Below are positions 12,238 through 24,291 of a DNA stretch of 64,000 bases, one piece after another. Numbering within the stretch: position 1 is the first letter of the stretch; every line of letters begins with the position of its first letter. The stretch comes from Azolla caroliniana (taxonomy: Eukaryota > Plantae > Polypodiophyta). The DNA is taken from assembly GCA_043228905.1 (NCBI GenBank), contig JBHGNT010000001.1, positions 4,650,001 to 4,714,000 of the forward strand, given 5' to 3'. The translations under genes and the position numbers were made by a program. Under the pieces are notes generated by a model, which saw only the letters and a program-made list of their open reading frames with translations, was not told the origin of the DNA and did no database searches.

Positions 12238-13187
12238 TAGTTTTCCGGGAGCTCAGAGAGGGAGGCAGCGTCAGCTAATTGGACGTTCTGCTTCTGTTGG
12301 TGATTCTGCCACTTTCGGCAGTGACGCCGAATGTGGCCATAGTTGTTGCAGTAGAAACATTTGGGGCGTCCCTGGCTGTCTCGTTCGGGCAATGCACGCT
12401 TGGCACGTAATTGCGCGTTCTGGATGTCGATGTCCATGGGAGTGACGGCTGGTATAGTGTTTGTATGATCATGACTGAGATTACCTGGTGTGTGCATGTC
12501 GTGCGCGTCTGCAGCTTCGATGTGTTGGGCAGTGAGGATGGCTTCGTGTAGTGTCGTCGGGCCTTGATCGCGTACACGGCGGTGGAGGTCATGTCGTATA
12601 CGCGGCCAGAAAAAAAACAACTTCATGTCCTCCGACATGTTGGCGTCAGCCCGACGTAGGATCTGCACAAAACGAACCGCGAACTGGGTGATGGGTTCGC
12701 GTGGTTGTTGGGTAATTGACTCAAGTTGTTGTAGGGCCGTCTGGCGGGAGTCTTGATGAGCAAAATTCCGAATCATGGCTGCCCGTAATAGATCCCAGTC
12801 ATTGCGTGTCTCTTCGGGTTGTTGTACAAGCCATGTTGCCGCGATATTCTCGAGGAGTGTCTTCATCTCCATTGCCTTCCGAGGGTGTGGCCACTGGTGG
12901 TAACTGGCCACCATTTCGAAATGATCCAGCCAAGAGAGGACGTCTTCCGATGGTAGGCCGGAGAACGGTTTTGGGCGAACTCGAGAGTCCGGGAGATTTT
13001 GTTGTGGCTCGGATCGTGCTGAAAGAAAGGACAACATGGCTTGGTTAGTATGGTTAACTTGTAAAATGATGTTGGACAGAGCTTGAACCAGTTGGTCGAT
13101 TGGCGATGTGGGCTGGTGTCCTTGATTGTGTTGTAGGAATTCCGGATTCATCGAGTTTGCGTTGCCGTCGTTGTTGTCGTGTTGCAT
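12237..13187 (-). CDS. gag: Gag with CCHC zinc knuckle
   Basis: PKPFSGLPSEDVLSWLDHFE capsid-type motif, PMDID, and CFYCNNYGHIRRHC (CX2CX4HX4C). The first ATG after the PBS is at 13187; the ORF-track start at 13298 lies inside the LTR. Confidence 0.92.
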   Translation of the reverse strand: MQHDNNDGNANSMNPEFLQHNQGHQPTSPIDQLVQALSNIILQVNHTNQAMLSFLSARSEPQQNLPDSRVRPKPFSGLPSEDVLSWLDHFEMVASYHQWPHPRKAMEMKTLLENIAATWLVQQPEETRNDWDLLRAAMIRNFAHQDSRQTALQQLESITQQPREPITQFAVRFVQILRRADANMSEDMKLFFFWPRIRHDLHRRVRDQGPTTLHEAILTAQHIEAADAHDMHTPGNLSHDHTNTIPAVTPMDIDIQNAQLRAKRALPERDSQGRPKCFYCNNYGHIRRHCRKWQNHQQKQNVQLADAASLSELPEN

Positions 13188-13228
13188 CGTGGCGGGCGTT
13201 GTTGGGGTCGTGAGTTGGGGTGGCTTGG

Positions 13229-13244
13229 CCCGTCTTCTCCACCA
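13229..13244 (-). promoter_or_regulatory. Primer binding site, tRNA-Ala-like
   Basis: TGGTGGAGAAGACGGG begins 3 nt after the inner ..TTTCACA copy. TGGTGGAGA is complementary to the ..UCUCCACCA 3' end typical of eukaryotic tRNA-Ala. Confidence 0.7.
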
Positions 13245-13263
13245 AGATGTGAAATGCTCAAGA

Positions 13264-13507
13264 TGTGAAATGCTCTCAAGAATAGCCCCCCTTTTCATTA
13301 TGTCTCAAGTTACATTTTATAGACTCTCTCTTAGCGTGGAGGGTGTTCTCCTGCTCCAATTAGCTCTACTAATTATGGGGCTTGGTGGGGGCCTAGTTTG
13401 GGTGTGGTGCATGAGGCTTGGTAGGGGCCTAATTTGGGTGTGGTCTATGTGTGGTGCATGGGGCTTGGTAGGGGCCTAATCTAGGTGTGGTCCATGTGAG
13501 CACCACA
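13264..13507 (-). repeat. 5' LTR
   Basis: 244 bp, TG..CA ends, adjacent to PBS and gag. Confidence 0.97.
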
Positions 13508-14174
13508 ATATCGCCCACATACCCAAACACAATAATACACAATATGTACATACAACCAAAAATGGCCAAATTTACAGAATTAGCCCCTCCCCCCTAGGCC
13601 TCACTCTTTGATGGCATTATGCATAGCTCCCCAATGCCTCATTCTCCATGCATAGCATCACACACAAGCCAGATCTCACGATAATCGCGACCATTATGCT
13701 CATTCCCTCGTGAAAGCAGCGCGCTAATATATCCATGGGTTTTGCTCGTTATATTCCTGTCGTTGCGGCGATTTGAAGGATCATAACTCTCGTTTCGTAG
13801 GTACAAACAAATTAGATCATTGACTCGGCGATCTCGTTGTCGCAACATGAATGAAAAACAATCCTACGGTACACTTACTGAAATATGTCCCATGTTTTTG
13901 GTAAGCTCCAACATTTGCAAGACAAAGATGATTCAAGAGGTTTGGATTAACTCCCCCAAAAAAGAGGGGGCAAATTTGAGGAAATGGTTTAGATTTGAGA
14001 TATATCTAAGTGGAATTCGTTACATGTAAAATTTACATGATCAATAATGCCTCCCACATTGACGTCTTCCTCTAGCTTGTGCAATGGAGTTGGGTTGAGC
14101 TTAAATAGTGAGCCAGAACATATATTAAGGATTTGGAAAGAAAGAAATAACATCATTGTTATTTAATTAAATGC

Positions 14175-15230
14175 ATGAAGGTATCATTTGCTTATGAGAG
14201 ATATGTAGATTTTTGCATCAAGACAATCAATCGAGAACTTGAGCATATATATAGAAGAGTTTTAGTAGATCCTGATACGATCAAAGTACTGCCCGATTGG
14301 CATATGTGTACTCATGAAAACACATGGCTACGTAAGGTCAGTTGGGACCCTTTGCAATGGACATGGTGTGATCCCTACGCGGGGCAAGGAAGCAAACCCA
14401 TCCCTTTCTTCCAATTCACAATTAGATTGGGTCATCACATTCTAGCTGCTCAAGCCGCCTGAGAACCGGTTGTTGCGAAGGTTTGGCACACATTTCAAGT
14501 TCCCTCCGCAATAATCACCAAGTTTTGGCAGAAAATTTGGAAACAACAACACGCGAGGCAAATTACCAATTTCCAAGTCCCTACTGGTGGGAGCATGCCA
14601 ATGTGAGAACCTTAGCTCTCCTAATTGTGTAGAGTGCCCACATGCAGTAGAATCATATACAACACGCTCTGTGGGACTGCCCAACGTCCCATCGAATATG
14701 GCGGGGGGTTGGCCGCTTGTTGCAATTATGCCAGGTGCAAGGTTCAATCAAGTGGGGAAATATATGTTTGCTATCATGGCAAGTTGCAATTGGCCGATAC
14801 GAGCATCAGGAGGAGGGGATGACTTTGGTGATAAAAGCATAAGGGGTCCTTCTCTCCTCCAGCGACAATGTCCACTCTATTCCTCTTAATGACAAATCTC
14901 AAGAGGTGTTGGAATTGGTCAACCCAATAACCCTTTGGATTCTATGGAAACAACGATGTAGGTGAGTCTTCTCCAACCAAACCGCCCATCCAACAAGGTT
15001 ACTACAAGAGATATGGAGTGAAATTGTAGCCACTTTGAAGAGCCAATATGATGGCCTTAAGGGCAGCTCCGAGGGAGTTGAAAGACAATGCATAGTCTTC
15101 ATCCAACAATGGTCGTCCTCTCCCTTTCTTGAGTCAATGGGCATCCACATAAGATGGAACAATCGCATCCCTTTTAGGGATTTGTACATAATCGTCTCAT
15201 TTGTAAAATTTTATAACTAATGGAAGGAGT
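14175..15230 (+). mobile_element. 5'-truncated, degenerate LINE (L1-type) ORF2 C-terminus
   Basis: Frameshifted reading FWQKIWK...NCVECPHAVES/IQHALWDCPTSHRIW (zf-RVT CCHC-like) followed by TLWILWKQRC, with stops and frameshifts. Confidence 0.8.
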
Positions 15231-16771
15231 TTTTTTTTGGATATATATATATATATATAAGAGTTTTGAGGTGTACATGCATCACATATTTCTCCAACAA
15301 AGATCTATGTAAGTTTCACTGCTTTCATACAGTTCTCATTGAAATCACTATGGACCATTCTAGTGCATATAGCTGGCAAATTAGAATCATTGTCGTAAAT
15401 CACATGTCAACTTGGCATTAAAGTCATTACCCTCCATTTCAACTGTCAAATCACTTAACCTAACATTCAATTTCCAACGTTAGTTTCTTTCTATCCTCAA
15501 GAAGCCAATTTAACGTGAAAAGAGAAATCATAACTTCAATCTTAGTTGTATATGACCATGGAAATAAAGATGTGAGGATTGATATAATGAATGCAATATC
15601 AAACACGTTGATAGAGATATAATTAATAACAAACTTAAGTTACTAAGCACAAAACTTACGACTACATGTCTGTACTAGCATAAACTTGAATTGATCGATT
15701 TGTAAGATAAAATTGATTGATAACACTTACTGTTCCATTTCAACATTATCTACTTTTTCAACTCTTTCTCCATAACGTGCTTTCAACAACATAAGCAACA
15801 TTTCTCATTCAAGCTAGTAGGTGCATTCTAATGTGTTATGTGTATAGTGTATCGGAGGTGAATGGTGTTGTAGCCGTTTGTTAGTTAAATATCTTTCATT
15901 GAGATATAAAGCACATTTTTTATCACATAATGTCTTATATTATTGATGATGATATATACAATACAAGGGAAAGTTTCTAGAAGTATGCCTATAATAATAG
16001 CTTAATTAATGAGAAATTGTATGCCTAAAATAATGTCATGCATGTCCATTGTTATTTTTTCTTGAATTAGGATGTGAGACTCATTGCATTTTAGAAAAGG
16101 ATGCATGTGCAATTGTTTAAAAATTTCGGAGACTATCTTTAGAAGATATATGTTTGCATTGTGCTTTCACCATAATGTCTTGTTGTTAATCATGCCAAAT
16201 CATCAAAGGATAGTCAGATTTGATTGTTTAGAAAAGTGTACACTTGCAAGTGTTTATGGGGGGGGGATTGTATTGCAAACATGTGCTATAAGTGCTTGTC
16301 ATTTTAGTTCTTAAATGTTGATAGACTTTTTCAGAAAGCTCTTCGCACATTCTCACCCAAACTTTAAAGACAACTTTCTATTTATTATATGAAAGCAAGG
16401 TCTCTATATCAACAACATATTACAATTTATGACCCAAACTTCATAGTATTAAAAAAACCAACTTTCTATTGCTTATATGAAAGTAAGGTGTCTATATAAA
16501 CTAATATCACAAAACTGGGGTCTTCATGCTCGAAGTGTGCATTGGTTTGTGATAATGGAAATCAACTTACTAAGACAACTTTGGATTATGGATTTCAATA
16601 TTATATTTTCTTTGAAATATAGGTCATATATCATCTAACAACAATCTACTATTACTATGTGCTTAATTTGTATGTTGATTGTTATTTGCATACCTTTTTT
16701 GGGAATACCACATTATCCCTTCTTAGTTATGGTAGGTAACAAAACTAGCCATTGTATGTTTGGATGAACAC

Positions 16772-17173
16772 TAACAATCGACAACGGTTCGGTTCGGTTT
16801 GAGAGGGTCCAAACCGAACCAAACCACAAAACCGTTATTTTTTTTTTTTCCAAACCGTTAAACATGGTTTCAGTTTTCAACATAGGTGAAAATTTTAATT
16901 TTTTAAAATTTATAAAATTTCATTATTTTAAATTTTTAAGATGTTCTTAAAATGTGAGAATAAGGTCTAAAAATAAAAAGATTGTTTAAAAACAATTTTT
17001 ACAATTTTTTATAAATTTTATAAATTTTTTTAAACTTTAAAAATAAAAAATAAAAATAGAAACCATTAAACTGTTTTTACCGCGGTTTATGGCTGTTAAA
17101 ACCGAACCGTTAAACTGTTAAGCTGCGGTTTCGCAATTCGGTTCTGTTCAAACCGAACCACTGCCTATTGTTA
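16772..17173. mobile_element. hAT-type MITE, copy 1
   Basis: TIRs TAACAATCGACAACGGTTCGG / CCGAACCACTGCCTATTGTTA; 8-bp TSD ATGAACAC (16764-16771) vs ATGGACAC (17174-17181); many subterminal AACCG/CGGTT motifs; AT-rich core. Confidence 0.85.
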
Positions 17174-17210
17174 ATGGACACTAGTTCACAATAATGTGGT
17201 GCCAGTTTTT

Positions 17211-17438
17211 ATTTGCACTAACATCCTAGTAAGCTGGACTTTAATGCAACATTTGAGTGGTTATTGCATTTGGATTGCTCCTTTGAAGCTTAACTACATC
17301 ACAAAATATTCTACCCAAGTAACAATTTGCACTAACATCCTAGTAAGCTGGACTTTAATGCAACATTTGAGTGGTTATTGCATTTGGATTGCTCCTTTGA
17401 AGCTTAACTACATCACAAAATATTCTACCCAAGTAACA
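17211..17438. repeat. Perfect 114-bp tandem duplication
   Basis: 17211-17324 equals 17325-17438, with ATT microhomology at the junction. Confidence 0.95.
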
Positions 17439-18231
17439 ATTACTACATGATCATGTCAACATTCATTGTGATTGATAAAACACATCATGGAAAGGGGTTT
17501 TGAAGTCTCAAAGGGTATGTATTTCAAGGGTAGTGAAACATATATGTATAAACCACATGCTAGAAAATCACAATATACAATGTCCTTATAAGAAACTACT
17601 TGGGATTTGCTGAGAGAATGTTTTACAAATTTATGAAGACATGCATGGGTATCTTACTCACCTCCTATCCTATGAAGCTTCTATCAATGTCACTCATGTG
17701 TGAACGTTCACATGCTTATGTTTTGAGCACAAACAACAATGTGTGCTCCTATGGAATTAGCGTGACCCAAATTATCATGAACCCATGCCTCTATTATGAC
17801 GAAATTTCATGTCCAAAAGTAATATCATCTTCAATTCTTGTTTATTGCCAAGATACTTAGGGGTTATTGGTAGCAATATTGACGCGGACATTCGCACAAC
17901 ACAACATTGGATTCACCATATACCCTATCGAAGGAAGGGATACGTACCTCAAATGTTCTTAAACAAGTATGTCCGTCGTTCCAAGGTTTTAAAGCCTTAA
18001 GACATTTTCATCTTTGGTTGTAATTTAATATTAACACTCTTCCGCTCCCACCTCATAGGCCATGTCCATGCAACCTCACTTCCCAAAGTAGAATATAATC
18101 TCTTTTTGGTCCCATAAATGTCCAAGAAATTCTATGGATTCCAATATGGTTGTCTTCTTATTTTCCCTCTGTCAAAGTGTGCTTTCTACACCAAAAAAAA
18201 ACCAAGAACATAATGCATCCATTTGAAATAT

Positions 18232-21200
18232 TTACATTTCCACAATGGCACGCCCTAGTATTTCCCCTTTCTCCAATGCTTCATAGCATTGATTTGCCTC
18301 TTCTAAGGTTCGTTTTTCCGTAACCGTGGATAAAAGGTCTAGTGATCCCATCTCAACAAGTCCGAGAATATTTGGGAGGTCTTGTCGAGCTCTAGCTCCA
18401 TATGATCCAATAATCCGCACCTTATCACAGTGTCAAAGACAACATTATAAGATAACACACTCCCAACTATAACAAGGCAAGCCACTCTAGGCTCAAAAAA
18501 GATTAATTGCATATTATATTCAGTTAATAAAATAGAGCCAAGGACCACAATTGTCTTACCTGTCTCCTCACAAGTCTAGTCATGTCCACGTGTGCTGTCA
18601 CACCGAACGGTGCGAGCCCAATGATCACGGCTCTACCCCCATCTCGTATTGCTAAAGTAGCCTGAACAAATGTTTGGGGAAGACCCAACGCTTCAATGGC
18701 AATATCTACACCTCTGCCTTCAGTGATCTCCTGAATTACCAATACATAAGCAATCGACCAAGTCATTCACTTGGATTAATGACCCTTTGTGTGAAGACAA
18801 ATTCAACATTTTCGATTCTTGGGTAGAAAAATCTATTCTAGCTTTGGTGGTACTAGCCATTGACCTATCAGCTATAGTTTGATAGATTGTCAACTTCCTA
18901 CCCTGTCTCAATTGCCACAAGTTGCAATCAACCCCCCCAACAACAAAAAATAATGATGATGATGGTGGGTAATCATTGACCTTTATCCTCTCAGGAACAT
19001 TTTCCTTTAACCCGTTCACCGTATGAGTTGCCCCTAGTTCTTTTGCCTTCTCTAGCTTTTTGTCACTGATATCAACTGCAATCACTTTCCTTCCGCCAAA
19101 GGCTCGAGCAATCTGTAAGCAACTAGAATTGTGAAAAAAGACAGTATAAGAACCATTTTCTTGAAGGAATTGTTATTCCGCTCGGCTATATTGGCATAAC
19201 TTCAAAAGAACCTCTAATAAAATTCTACCATTCAAACCTAAGAAATTCACATCTATCAAGAACACACGCCATACACCTACAAAAGCAAATTCACACCTTC
19301 ACTACCACTCAACTACTACAATCACAGATGACTTAGCAACTATCCCCAATTCGCCTAATTAAAACATGAACACCTATCACTAACTTAAACAAAATCAATT
19401 AGAGCTAGTTCAGATGAGCACAATCACAGATACAGCTGAACCCAATCAGCAAATTTATGTTGAATATACACAGCCCTATCATCGATACCTATCTCTGTTT
19501 TTGTATAATACTAGAACTCTTTAGCTTAAGTTTTATTTTATTTTATTTTATTTTATTTTATTTTATTTTTACTTTCGATGAATGGGTAAATACCCCATTT
19601 TGTTGTAAACCAATTGTCTCATGGGCCAATTTTGGTTTTAGAAGATATTAATATATCTTTCTTTCTTTATTTCTTTCTATCACATACACAAGTATTAACA
19701 TTAGTTCTATGAGCACAAACATTGAAAAAAACAGTGACCCGCTGCACCTGTAATTGTTTACCACACCTATCACGACAATTCATGTAAACGTATTAAAACT
19801 AGTTCACATAGGTACAAACAACTGGATAAACTCATTAACCAACCACACTAAGATTCAATTGGCACATTCACACCTATCATTATCACACAAAAACCCATCA
19901 GGACTGGTTTGCATGAGCTCAAATACCTGCACATTCACATCTATCACTACTGCACAAATCTATTAGAACTAGTTCACTTAAGCACAAATACACTGTACAT
20001 TCACATGTATCCCTATAACACACACAAACATATTAGAAATTATTTATATGGGCACAAACACAGATAAACATGTAATTATCTGCACCTGGACCCAACGCCA
20101 CCAGTGCCAATGACAGCAACAGTCTCTCCAGCCCGCATGTCCGCTGCATTCTTTATTGCACCATAGGCCGTGAAAACGGCACACCCAAGGATAGCAGACT
20201 CTGAGAAGGGTGCTACCTCGGGAATAACTGCAAGCCCATTGGAGGGAACAATACAGTACTCTGCAAGGCCTCCCATACTATACATATGTATCGGTTTTCC
20301 TATAAAGATTATAAGCCATTAAAATTTTAGTTGATTTGGGAATGGATTTTGCTGATACTGTTCCTAGCATATCTTCAGGGATGAACTCAAGTTTTGTCTT
20401 CCTCAAAAACTTATCCTTGACAATGTGAAAGGTTTTCATAGAACTAAAGGTGGTCTCCAGGGTCTTTCTCAATAAAGCTTTTGAAATCACAGGTAAGGTT
20501 TTCAAAAGCCTGAAGAAGCCTTCAGGAGAGTATAGAGATATAAACTTTTCATGATACCATCCTACCAGTCTTATGAAGAAAAAGTCGTGTTTCTCCATCG
20601 TACAGTGTGCCTTTTCCTCGGCTATAATGAAAGAATGTTTCGCACAAATCTTCCTGACCCTGGACATCCACAAATACTTTTAGGGTAGCGAGGAAACAGG
20701 AGCTTCCAAATAACCATAGAGCCATTAAGAGAGCAGAAAAGAAACATGATCTTACTTTTATACAATAAAAGCAGCCACCACATGGCATTATAAATGCTCC
20801 GACAACACGTGACCCAATTGGAAGCCTACACAATAACGACATTTTGTATTAGCCAAGATCAGATCCTTTGAATGCACTTATCAGCTTTTATCACACTTTG
20901 TTATCACCTTTTCACAGTGGCAGCATCTGTCAGAGGCCCATGTTCCACAACCTCGCCTGTTACTTCATGGCCTAAAACAGCCGGCATCGGAAATGGCTGA
21001 TCCTTCTTTATTATATGAAGATCTGAGTGACAGACTCCACATGCTGTACACATTAGAATTACATTGTTATGGGCAGTACTTTTGTGTTCTCACAATTTCC
21101 AGATTATTTTACAAAAAACATAGAAAGGTAATGTACATGAAAAGCAAAGACATACATTCTGGTACATGAGTTAGTCTCAATCACCAAATTTGGTCACTTG

Positions 21201-22554
21201 AAATAATTCTATTAGCCTGATAAAACCAAATCAGCAAAAGCAAACTGGAGGTATACAGCATCCATATTCGATCAACGAATCCATCAAGAAAAAAAAGGCA
21301 CCATGATATATACAGAAAAAATTACATGTTTCATCAGTGAATCCATTCAAAAAACCAGCACAAAGAAGGTAGGATAAAACAACTCCATTAGCCTGTCAAC
21401 TCTGGATCAGCGGAAAAAAAATGTATACAGCATACAGATTCAATTGATGAATCCATCGAGAAAGAAATGCACAATGATTTAACAAAATAATAAGTCTGGA
21501 TCAGAGAAAATAAAGATGTGTACAGGAAATAAAAATATCTGATCAATGATTCAATCGAGAAAAATCTCACGATGATTCAACATATCAATCAATGAATAGC
21601 TCAAAACACATATATTCAGCCCATCAACTAATGAATCAAACAAATAAAAAAGAATATTCCATTTACTTCAAATTTTCATAAGAATTTATCCCAATCAAAA
21701 TAAAAAAAAGACACATAATCATTCGATCAGCCCCCGTTCAAAGAATGAGAAAAGGGAAAATCACAGATTTTGCCTATTGATGAATCCATCCAATGAACAG
21801 TAGAAAGATTCGACCATCCAATGGGATGGAAAGAGATTTCAATCATCCAAACAATTCAAATAAATAAATCATATAAATTTATTCGATCAATGAAACAAAC
21901 AAAAAAATATATTTTTTAATGGCAGTAGGGTCCATCAAAAAAATTTGCACAATGATTTCATAAATCAAATGAGAAAACAAAAATAGATTGAATTCAGTCA
22001 AACCCATCAATGAATTAAACATACAAAAAGAAAAACCACAGGCTTAGAATCAGGCCCATCAAACGAAAAAACATACAAAACTTAGAATCAAACCCATCAA
22101 TGAATCAAACAAAAGAAAAACAATCAAAATCAAACCCACTAATGAATCAAATCAAATACAAACAAATATCAAATTATTTTAAGAAAATATAAAATTGGAT
22201 ACTAGAAACTAACATACCTCTCGTTTTGATGAGAACTTCACCTACTTTCGGGCGAGGCATCTGAAGTTCTTCAATAGACATGGGTCTCCCAGGCTCCCAG
22301 AAGACAGCAGCTTTCATGGTGGAAGGAAGACTGCCCATCAGATAATCCTTTGCACCTATATGGTCATCTTTGGAGGCAGAGCTAATATTGGAGCTAACTT
22401 TAGAGACCACCCCATCACTACTACTCTGTGTATCACCATTGCCAGTAGTAGTACTGCAAAGGGATCTAGTGAATGCATTGAAGTTCTTCGAAAAAAGAAA
22501 CTTCTTCCTAATGATACGATCTGTTCCAATCACTCTAGCAGTCGCCATGGACAC
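18232..22554 (-). CDS. Zinc-dependent MDR alcohol dehydrogenase/oxidoreductase, likely organelle-targeted (resembles Arabidopsis At5g63620/HER2)
   Basis: Exons 22554-22218, 21043-20908, 20825-20756, 20659-20566, 20299-20086, 19122-18981, 18730-18560, 18420-18232, all phase-consistent. Motifs: CGVCHSD, GHEVTG, structural Zn CGGCFYC..C, GCAVFT, Rossmann GTGGVG. Arg/Ser-rich N-terminal extension. Confidence 0.93.
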
Positions 22555-22561
22555 AAAGGAG

Positions 22562-22565
<4 letters not shown>

Positions 22566-22616
<51 letters not shown>
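22566..22616. repeat. (CT)n/(GA)n microsatellite in the ADH 5' UTR
   Basis: About 25 CT units just upstream of the ATG. Confidence 0.95.
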
Positions 22617-22623
<7 letters not shown>

Positions 22624-24258
22624 CTTTCGTTCTCTCTCAACTCTGATGTTTCTCTGTGAGTGATATTGTTGTGTGGATCTACCGAGCAGCCATGAATGTA
22701 GCACAAGCCATGGCTATTTATAAAAGTGTGTGCTTTTCTGAAAGAAACAGAGACATAATAAGGATAGAGACAAAGGATCTTGTGCATACGTGTTATGTAT
22801 ATATAATATACATATACGTAATACAATACATACATTCATTCATTCAAATTCGTACATGGAAATCTCCCAAAATGCCCCTGCGTTTGCGTTTGCGTTTTTG
22901 TCACGAGCCAAGAAGACACACAATTAATTCTCTTCCATTAAAAAGTAGTTTCAGAAAATTCTCAAAAATACCCACGTCCATAATCCCATGCCCCATTTCT
23001 AATGTGGCCATCATATATAAGTGAAGTGGCCTAATGCATATGAGCGGGGCCCACACTTCATCGAGTCAAACTGCAAGGGGTTATTTTATGCACCTCCTTA
23101 ATTTATAGATCATGACGAACGTTAGACATCACAATGCCTTTATTCTATAAACATAAGAAATCATGTATCGCAAGAGATTGCGGAAAACCTCGAGATAGAT
23201 TATATAGATAGTCGTATTGAAATTCGTCAAACGATAAGAGTATGTGGGGTGGGATGGATTAATGAACTAGTGTGGAATTCATTGTCAACTTTGACATTTA
23301 GAATGATATCGACAATGCTAGAAATTAGCAATGAACGAATAGAGACTTTGAAAAAACGAGCGATGAGTTGAACTAGTTGTTTTGCGAGGGAATTAATGAT
23401 TCCTATATGGGTTTTGTGTGAGTGGATGTGATAATACAATGGGGGAGATTTAGTTTTGCATGCCATGCTTCATGGAGAAATCATCTGCTCCATCCATTCT
23501 AGAATTGAAATCAGCTAGCCAACAATACGTGATGAGTTTGTTAACAAACAACAAAGTTCTTTGAACTTTGAACTTCCCTACCACACTTGGTTTGATCTTC
23601 ATGTTTGCTATAGAGAAAGAGTGAGTGAAATGCCTTTGTACCTAACATGATTGAGTGAACACAAAAATTCACTCATAACTAGGTTGGTTGTCTTCTCAAT
23701 TAGCATCATCAACAATATCATAAACTAGAACGCAATAACCGTAATGCAACCATTTCATAATGTTACATATATATGGTAAGGGAGAGAGAAAATTGCGAGA
23801 TTTGCATTTTGAAAGCATTAGCATATAATCACAACAAGTTCGAATATTAACACACCACAACAAGTTTGATATATTAACACACCCAATATTGCATATATAT
23901 AAATGAATTTGCAAGAACTTTATTGTTTACGGGGGATTTGGATTGCCTCGATCACACTTTGAAACGGGGTTTGGAGTTCTTGATGTACAAAATAAAAAAA
24001 GCCCTAATATTTAGGGCTCTAAAGAAGAGGCATTAGTTAAAACGGTAGATGTAAGTTCAGGGAATCTTGGTGTTGCTAATCGACAGAGATGTTATGGAGC
24101 GGAGGAGATGCAAATATGTATGTGCATTTGGTGGAGGCATAATGTCCATCATTTTCTCGGGGCATTATGCCCCCTCACCAAGGACATTCCAAATGCCTCT
24201 CTGGGCCGGGCCATCTCCTGGTATCCCTCCTCCTTTCATTATGTATACTACTACCACA

Positions 24259-24289
<31 letters not shown>

Positions 24290-24291
<2 letters not shown>

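Larger units (their letters stand above)
8761..13507 (-). mobile_element. Full-length Ty3/Gypsy (Metaviridae) LTR retrotransposon, non-chromovirus-like, recently inserted, integrase disabled
   Basis: Two 244-bp TG..CA LTRs (8761-9004, 13264-13507) with 2 differences; ATAT on both flanks (8757-8760, 13508-13511); PBS and PPT present; gag then PR-RT-RH-IN order. Confidence 0.97.

Noticed and set aside
13188-13298. Gag start at the LTR ATG 13298
   Set aside because: In frame only because of the 16-bp duplication, and only ~16 nt past the TATA box, so likely at or before the TSS.
9130-13479. Plus-strand and alternative-frame ORFs inside the retrotransposon (possible antisense or env gene)
   Set aside because: Short shadows of GC-rich gag/pol with no motifs; there is no room for env between the pol stop and the PPT.
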